Assembly: GCA_002495185.1 (NCBI GenBank)
Contig: DAEB01000040.1
Coordinates: 29,184-93,183 of the forward strand
Origin: Thermoplasmata archaeon UBA184
Lineage (GTDB): Archaea > Thermoplasmatota > Thermoplasmata > Lutacidiplasmatales > UBA184
Direction: 5' to 3'
Length of the DNA: 64,000 bases
The position numbers and the translations under genes are program-made. Positions 57,939 through 64,000 of this stretch are shown here, piece after piece (position 1 is the first letter of the stretch; every line of letters begins with the position of its first letter). A model generated the notes under the pieces. It saw nothing but the letters and a program-made list of their open reading frames with translations. It had not been told where the DNA came from and did not search any database.

Positions 57939-58616
57939 ATGCCGGAATCGGTCGTGGTCGGTGAGGAAGTCTGGAAAGTGTACGGGCAGGGAGAGACTCA
58001 GGTCCCGGCGCTCCGGGGCATCAATGTCGACATTCGCCGAGGCGAAATGGTGGCCGTGATGGGCCCTTCCGGATGCGGGAAGACGACCTTCCTCAACTGC
58101 TTCAGCGGACTCGACGACATCACCCGCGGGAAGGTGACGCTCGAGGGGACGGACATCCATGCCATGTCCGACCGTCTGAAGACCGAGTACCGAGCCCGCC
58201 GGGCCGGGTTCGTGTTCCAGTCGTACAACCTGCTCACGATCCTGACCGCGGCCGAGAACGTCGAGATGCCGCTTCTCGCGTCCGGGGTCCGGGCGCGAGA
58301 GGCCCGGCCGCGGTCGGTCGAGATGCTCCGGGAGCTGGGGCTCGGAGACCGGGTCAACCACCGACCCTCGGAGCTCTCGGGGGGGCAGCAGCAGCGAGTG
58401 GCGCTCGCCCGGGCCCTCGTGTGCCGGCCCGCGATCGTGTGGGCGGACGAGCCCACCGGGAACCTCGATGAGGAGGGCTCTCGCCAGGTGACGAGCCTCC
58501 TCCGGCAGCTCAACCGCGACTTCCAGCAGACGATGGTGGTCGTGACGCACGACCCGGACGTGGCCGCGGCGTGCGACCGCACCCTCCGGATGCGCGACGG
58601 ACGCTTCGTCACCTAG
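57939..58616 (+). CDS. ABC transporter ATP-binding protein (LolD/MacB type)
   Basis: GPSGCGKT, LSGGQQQR, ADEPTGNLD and VTHD motifs. Confidence 0.95.
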   Translation: MPESVVVGEEVWKVYGQGETQVPALRGINVDIRRGEMVAVMGPSGCGKTTFLNCFSGLDDITRGKVTLEGTDIHAMSDRLKTEYRARRAGFVFQSYNLLTILTAAENVEMPLLASGVRAREARPRSVEMLRELGLGDRVNHRPSELSGGQQQRVALARALVCRPAIVWADEPTGNLDEEGSRQVTSLLRQLNRDFQQTMVVVTHDPDVAAACDRTLRMRDGRFVT

Positions 58617-58628
58617 AAGGATAGGCCC

Positions 58629-61574
58629 GTGACCGACCCCATCGTCCTCTTCGCCGCCACCACCCTCGGCGCGGTTGGCGCCGTCTCGGCGTACCTGGCG
58701 GTCCGGAACCGACTCTCGCTGCGGATCGCGCTGCGGAACATCGTGCGAGCGCGAGGTCGCTCCGTTCTCGTGATCCTAGGCCTCCTCGTGGCGACCGCGA
58801 TCGTGTCGGGGAGCCTCGTGGTGGGGGACACCGTGCACACCGCGACGGTGCACTACTCCTACATTGGGTGGGGGTACACGGACGAGGCGATCTACGGCAC
58901 CTCCTCCTCGGGCGGCTATCTCTACTTCTCCTCGATCGTGGCGAACTCGGTCGTCACCGCCTCCGCGAACGACTCCCGGATCGACGGAGTGAGTCCCGAA
59001 ATCGTCGGCACGGTCCAGGCGTTCGACAACACGACCGGCATCCCTCAGACCAATCTCTACCTGGTCGGCAGCAACGCCTCGCAGAGCGCGGCGCTCGGGC
59101 CGTTCACCTCCGTATCGGGCGGGAATCCGGGGTCCCCGGCCCCGGGAAGCATCTTCCTCGACAAGCTCGCGGCCCAGGACCTGAGCGCCTCGGTCGGCGA
59201 TTCCGTGCTCCTCTACGGGAAGTTCGCGGCCCCCGAGAAGGTCGGGGCGATCGTCCAGGACGACATTCGCGGAGGGTTCCTCACCGCCGGGGTGAGCGGG
59301 GGCAGCGTGTTCGTCGACCTCGCGACCGCGCAGGCCCTCCAAGGGACGCCGCAGGAAGTGAACTTCATCGCCGTCACGAACGCGGGCTCCCAGGAGAGCG
59401 GAGTCGGCCTCTCTTCCGCGGTGAGCGCGAGCCTCACCGCCGCTCTCGCGACGATCCCCGGGACCTCGGCGCTCTCCGTCCACCAGGTCCTGAGCGATTC
59501 CCTCGCGACGGCCCAGTCGGCGAGCACGAGCCTCACGACGATCTTCCTCGTGTTCGGCCTCTTCTCGATCATCGCGGGAGCGATGCTGATCATCGGGATC
59601 TTCACGATGATCGCCGAGGAGAGGAAGGGCGAGATGGGGATGCTGCGCGCCGTGGGGATCCAGCGGCGCACCCTCGTACTGGCGTACTATTTCGAGGGTC
59701 TCGTCTACTCGGCGGGCAGCGCCCTCGCCGGCACCTTCGCGGGGGTCGCCGCCGGATACATCCTCCTCTGGTTCTACGTCCACACGGTCCCGACCCCGGG
59801 GTTCGACGTCAACGTCCTCGGGGCGTCGTTCACGTTCAGCTCGAGCTCGCTCATCACGAGCTATCTCGTCGGCTTCCTGCTCACCCTCGCGACCGTGGTC
59901 GTCGCGAGCGTCCGGGTGAGCCGTCTCAACATCGTTCGGGCGATCCGGGACGTTCCGGAACCGCTGCCGCCCCTTCGGACCTACACGTACCTCGCCTACC
60001 TCGGGGGGGTCTCGCTGGCCGTCGGGGCCCTATTGTTCCTGACCACGTTCCGAGGATCGTCGGACATCTCCTATCCCGTGATCGGAGGTGCTCTCGTCAT
60101 TCTCGGCGCGGGGTTGGTCGCGTCCCGGTTCTGGAAGAACCGAACCGTCTTCACGTCGGTCGGCGCCGGCCTCCTCCTCTGGGCCGGGGTCGAGCCGCTC
60201 CATGATTGGGTGCTCGGAACCGGTCACTCCGGAGGGATCTTCTTCGTCTTCGTCGACGGCGTGATGCTCGTCGCCGGCGCCCTGATGATCGTCGCCTTCA
60301 ACGGGGTCGACCTCGCCCGGAGCGTCGAGCGGTTGGCCGCCGGCCGGAAGGGGGCAACGCCGGTGACCCGCATCGGCCTCGCCTACCCGAGTCGAAGAGC
60401 GGCCCGGACGTCCATCAGTCTCACGATCTTCGCGCTCGTCCTGTTCACGATCATCCTGCTGGCGGTGTACAGCGCGACGCTCACCGGCAACCTCAACAAC
60501 TCAGTCACCAGCCAATCGGGAGGGTACACCTTCCTCGGGATCTCGTCCCAGCCGATCCCGGACCTCCCGTCGAAGGTCGCCACCAACTCGACCCTCTCGG
60601 CCCTGTACTCCGGAGTGGTGCCGGTGACGACCGGGCTCGCGTTCGTCTCCGTGCAAGGCTTCTCCGCGAACCCGTACCACGACAACCTGTTCTCCGCTCC
60701 GGTGAATACCACGGCGGAGACGAGCTTCTACGCGACGAACCAGTTCACCTTCCAGTCGACCGACCACGGGATGAGCGCCTCCGCAGTGATGGCGGAGCTC
60801 CAGTCGAACCGCTCGGTCGCGGTCGTCGACGGAGGGTACGCCGGCGGGAGCGGGTTCGGGCAGGCGGGCCCCCACCCGAGCGTCGCTCCGGGGGACATGA
60901 TCGAGGTCGAGAACCCTGGGACCCTGGCCGCGCAGAACGTCACGGTCATCGGCGTCCTCGAGGAGTCGATCGTCGGCGGGGTGTGGCTCAACCCCTCCAC
61001 GGCCGCCTCGCTCGGCTACCTGACGCTCAACGGCTACTTCCTGACGGTCCACCCGGGAGTCTCGTCGACCCTGGCCGCCCAGAAGATCAAGTCCGCCTTC
61101 TACCAGTACGGGCTCGTCCTGGTCGACTTCCGGGCGATCCTCGCGCAAACGACCGCCATCATCTCGGGCGACATCGGGCTGCTCGAGGTGTTCATCGCCC
61201 TCGGTCTGGCCGTCGGGATCGCCGCCCTCGGGATCCTCGCGCTGCGCGCGGTCACCGAGCGTCGCCACGAGATCGGGACCCTGCGCGCGACCGGGCTCAC
61301 CCGACCGATGATCATCAAGGCGTTCCTCGTGGAGTACTCCTTCATCACCATCGTCGGGGCGCTCGTCGGAGGGTTGCTCGGCCTTCTCGTGGTCTACAAC
61401 TTCACGATCAGTCCCGGCTCGTCCGCCGCCTACGCGGCCACGCTGTTCGTCCCGTGGTGGAATCTTCTGGCGGTGATCCTGGTGACGGGCCTTCTCGCGA
61501 CGCTCGCCGTGATCGGCCCGTCCCTCCGGGCGGCTCGGCTTCCGCCCGCGGAGGCGATCCGGGGGGTCGAGTGA
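58629..61574 (+). CDS. FtsX/MacB-like ABC permease (duplicated)
   Basis: Two ER..E.G.LRA.G motifs and two large extracellular loops. Confidence 0.92.
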   Translation: MTDPIVLFAATTLGAVGAVSAYLAVRNRLSLRIALRNIVRARGRSVLVILGLLVATAIVSGSLVVGDTVHTATVHYSYIGWGYTDEAIYGTSSSGGYLYFSSIVANSVVTASANDSRIDGVSPEIVGTVQAFDNTTGIPQTNLYLVGSNASQSAALGPFTSVSGGNPGSPAPGSIFLDKLAAQDLSASVGDSVLLYGKFAAPEKVGAIVQDDIRGGFLTAGVSGGSVFVDLATAQALQGTPQEVNFIAVTNAGSQESGVGLSSAVSASLTAALATIPGTSALSVHQVLSDSLATAQSASTSLTTIFLVFGLFSIIAGAMLIIGIFTMIAEERKGEMGMLRAVGIQRRTLVLAYYFEGLVYSAGSALAGTFAGVAAGYILLWFYVHTVPTPGFDVNVLGASFTFSSSSLITSYLVGFLLTLATVVVASVRVSRLNIVRAIRDVPEPLPPLRTYTYLAYLGGVSLAVGALLFLTTFRGSSDISYPVIGGALVILGAGLVASRFWKNRTVFTSVGAGLLLWAGVEPLHDWVLGTGHSGGIFFVFVDGVMLVAGALMIVAFNGVDLARSVERLAAGRKGATPVTRIGLAYPSRRAARTSISLTIFALVLFTIILLAVYSATLTGNLNNSVTSQSGGYTFLGISSQPIPDLPSKVATNSTLSALYSGVVPVTTGLAFVSVQGFSANPYHDNLFSAPVNTTAETSFYATNQFTFQSTDHGMSASAVMAELQSNRSVAVVDGGYAGGSGFGQAGPHPSVAPGDMIEVENPGTLAAQNVTVIGVLEESIVGGVWLNPSTAASLGYLTLNGYFLTVHPGVSSTLAAQKIKSAFYQYGLVLVDFRAILAQTTAIISGDIGLLEVFIALGLAVGIAALGILALRAVTERRHEIGTLRATGLTRPMIIKAFLVEYSFITIVGALVGGLLGLLVVYNFTISPGSSAAYAATLFVPWWNLLAVILVTGLLATLAVIGPSLRAARLPPAEAIRGVE

Positions 61575-61635
61575 CCCCCTCCCGTCGGCCAAGGTAGATG
61601 AGCCTCCGCCAGCTGCGCTCCGCCGGTGTCCCTTC

Positions 61636-62943
61636 TTGTCGAGCTCCCCGGGGGCGCAGGATCGTCCGTCCGCTCCCCCCGAGGAACGGGAGGAGGCGCT
61701 GCCGAGCGCTGCAGCTCCCGGTCGGCCGAGCTACACCCGCACGCTTCGGAACCGCCCGTTCTTCCTCGTCTGGCTGGCCCAGCTGATCTCCCAGTCGGGC
61801 GACTACATCTTTGACGTCGCGCTCCTCTGGTTCGTTCTCCAGGAGACCCATTCGGCGTTCGCGGTGGCGGTGGTCGTCACCGGAGCGATCCTCCCGAGCG
61901 TGCTCCTGGGTCCGTTCCTCGGGGTCTACGTCGACCGATGGGACCGGCGAAAGACCCTCGTCGCGACGAACATCGGCCAGGGGGTCGTGGTCGCCGCGCT
62001 CTCGGTCGTCGTGGCGCTCGGGCACGCGAGCCTGCCGGTCGTGTTCGTCGTCGTCCTGCTCCTCGGGGTCGGATTCACGATCGTCCGGGCCGCGACCAGC
62101 GCGTACGTCCCCTCGGTCGTCCCGCCGGACGACCTTCCCCCGGCGAACGGGCTCCTCTCGCTGAGCGGCTCCCTGAACCAGGTCGTCGGACTCGGGATCG
62201 GCGGCGCCTTCGTGGCGCTGCTCGGTGTGACATTGCCCATCGAGTACGACGCGATCTCGTTCTTCGCGGCCGCGGTCCTTCTCGTTCTCATCCCGCGGAT
62301 CCGCCCGACCGCCGCCTCCGCCCCGGTCGCTCCGACGACCTTCCGGGAGGAGTTCGTCGAAGGGTTCGCGTTCATCCGGAAGAACCGGTTCCTGCTCGAG
62401 ATCATCGCGATCGGGGTCCTGGTCAACTTCTTCGGGAACGGGCTCTCCGCCCTCTTCGCTCCCTACACGCAGTTCGTCCTGCACGCCGGGGTCGTCGTCT
62501 ACGGCCTCCTCGGCGCGATCCTCGCGGTGGGGTCGTTGGTCGGCGCCGGCATCATGGGGAAGGTCAACATGCACACGACGGCGGGAAAGTACCTCTTCGC
62601 GGGCGGCATCACCCTTGGCCCCCTCCTCCTCGCGCTCGGCCTGACCACGAGCATCCCGGTCGCCTTCGTGGTGATGGCCCTCTTCGGGGTGGCTCTCGCG
62701 GTCACGAACCTGCCGATCTCGGTCGCCATGCAGGCGAAGATCCCCGGCCGTCTCCTCGGCCGGGTGAGCGCCACGTTCGGGGCTCTCGTCACCGCGACGA
62801 GTCCCGCGGGTCCGCTCTTCGCCGGCTGGTTCGCCCAGACCTGGTCCGTCGCGGCGTTCTTCGTCCTCTCGGGGATTGTGATGACCGTTGTGATCGGGGT
62901 CGGTGCGCTGACGATGCGTTCGTTGCGAACGCTCCAGTACTAG
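61636..62943 (+). CDS. MFS transporter (DHA3/macrolide-efflux-like)
   Basis: AQLISQSGD, GVYVDRWDRR, about 12 TMs and GRV motif. Confidence 0.92.
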   Translation: MSSSPGAQDRPSAPPEEREEALPSAAAPGRPSYTRTLRNRPFFLVWLAQLISQSGDYIFDVALLWFVLQETHSAFAVAVVVTGAILPSVLLGPFLGVYVDRWDRRKTLVATNIGQGVVVAALSVVVALGHASLPVVFVVVLLLGVGFTIVRAATSAYVPSVVPPDDLPPANGLLSLSGSLNQVVGLGIGGAFVALLGVTLPIEYDAISFFAAAVLLVLIPRIRPTAASAPVAPTTFREEFVEGFAFIRKNRFLLEIIAIGVLVNFFGNGLSALFAPYTQFVLHAGVVVYGLLGAILAVGSLVGAGIMGKVNMHTTAGKYLFAGGITLGPLLLALGLTTSIPVAFVVMALFGVALAVTNLPISVAMQAKIPGRLLGRVSATFGALVTATSPAGPLFAGWFAQTWSVAAFFVLSGIVMTVVIGVGALTMRSLRTLQY

Positions 62944-63003
62944 CGAGCGCGGCTCCCCCGCGGGCGCAAGCTCCAAGTCCGCTCTCGCCTCCCTCGACGC
63001 TCG

Positions 63004-63948
63004 ATGAGGAGCGAGAGTCCCGGGTCCCGACGCGCCCTCGTCGCGGGCGCGGCGGGGTATCTCGGCGGGTCGGTCGTCCGTGCGCTGACGGCGGCCGGCT
63101 GGGAGGTCCGGGGACTCGTCCGGCGCCCCGAATCGAGCGCTCGGGTCGAGGAGGCGGGAGGGGTCGCGGTCGTCGGGAGCATCCTCGACTCGCACTCGGT
63201 TGACGCGGCGCTCCGAGGATGCGAGCTCGCGGTCCACGTCGCGGCATCGGGTTCCGCGAGTCCGGAAGACCCCCGCCGGGCCGAACACGTCCGGGTCGGT
63301 GGCTGCCGGATTCTGCTCCGAGGAGCCCGGACGCAGGGGGTTCGCCGGGTGGTCGTGGGCTCGGGGTACTGGGTCTATGCCGACCAGCCCGGCACGATCA
63401 CCGAGGAGTCCGAGGTCGACCCCCGCGGCGAGTCGTTCGTGAACTGGATGACGGAGCGGGTGGCGCTCGACCCGGGGTTCCGCGGAACCGTCGAGACCCT
63501 CGTCGTGCGCCCCGGGATGGTCTACGGGGACGGCTCATGGTTCCGGCCCCTCGTCGAGTCGATCCGGGACGGGAGCTACCGGTACATCGACGGCGGCTCG
63601 AACGCCTGGTCGTTCGTTTCCCTCGAGGACGCCGGGACCGCTTTCGCGCACGTTGCCGAGGTCGGTGCCCCGGGCGAGGTGTACAACCTCGTGGACGGTC
63701 GCCCCGCCCCCTGGAGGGAGTTCGGGGATTTCGTCGCCGGCCGGATCGCGCGACCCTCTCCGCCGTCGATCTCGATGAGCGAAGCGTCGGCGGGCTACGG
63801 AGGGGACGTGGCGCACCATCTCCACGCGCGCCGGGCCTGCTCGTCCGCCAAGATCGCGCGGCTCGGGTGGACCCCCCGGTCCTCCGACTTCCGCGAGGGA
63901 CTCTCCGAACTCCTCGCGAAGATGGCCGGGGTTCCGCCCCCCGGGTGA
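63004..63948 (+). CDS. NAD-dependent epimerase/dehydratase family protein
   Basis: GAAGYLG, VRPGMVYG and SLEDAG motifs. Confidence 0.88.
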   Translation: MRSESPGSRRALVAGAAGYLGGSVVRALTAAGWEVRGLVRRPESSARVEEAGGVAVVGSILDSHSVDAALRGCELAVHVAASGSASPEDPRRAEHVRVGGCRILLRGARTQGVRRVVVGSGYWVYADQPGTITEESEVDPRGESFVNWMTERVALDPGFRGTVETLVVRPGMVYGDGSWFRPLVESIRDGSYRYIDGGSNAWSFVSLEDAGTAFAHVAEVGAPGEVYNLVDGRPAPWREFGDFVAGRIARPSPPSISMSEASAGYGGDVAHHLHARRACSSAKIARLGWTPRSSDFREGLSELLAKMAGVPPPG

Positions 63949-63951
63949 CCG

Positions 63952-64000
63952 ATGCCGCCCGCGGAACTCTATCGGGTCGACCCGAACCGTGACGCGGAGC
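63952..64000 (+). CDS. Start of a downstream gene, truncated
   Basis: ATG 3 bp after the previous stop, open to the window edge. Confidence 0.35.
   Translation, partial: MPPAELYRVDPNRDAE

Overview
This is GC-rich archaeal DNA, most likely from a Thermoplasmata lineage. The assignment is inferred from a thermopsin, Thermoplasmatales-type surface-protein repeats, TATA boxes about 25 bp upstream of starts and VapBC loci. From 0 to 13 kb are housekeeping and surface genes: BNR-propeller plus MoaD/ThiS, OsmC, DsbA/FrnE, an AbiE type IV TA pair, aldo/keto reductase, pilin-like proteins and a repeat-extended thermopsin. From 13 to 32.5 kb is a surface-glycosylation locus: two DUF2079 GT-C-like proteins, GT2/GT4 enzymes, RmlA, RmlB, a DegT aminotransferase, an ATP-grasp/HAD fusion, a sulfatase-like protein and Rmd. 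The main discovery lies at 32.6-54.8 kb. Almost every intergenic gap there carries a 28-bp dif-like palindrome (11-bp arm, 6-bp spacer, 11-bp arm; consensus about AGYGGGTGCAA-N6-TTGCACCCRCT). These sites split the region into about 11 gene cassettes: four VapBC pairs, an FG-GAP protein, an AT-richer glycosylation block, a peptidase, an oxidoreductase and MscS. This looks like an archaeal Xer/dif-module cassette array with no recombinase in the window; the recombination function is inferred, not shown. From 55 to 64 kb are gmd, an ABC exporter, an MFS transporter and an epimerase. No rRNA, tRNA or CRISPR array was seen.
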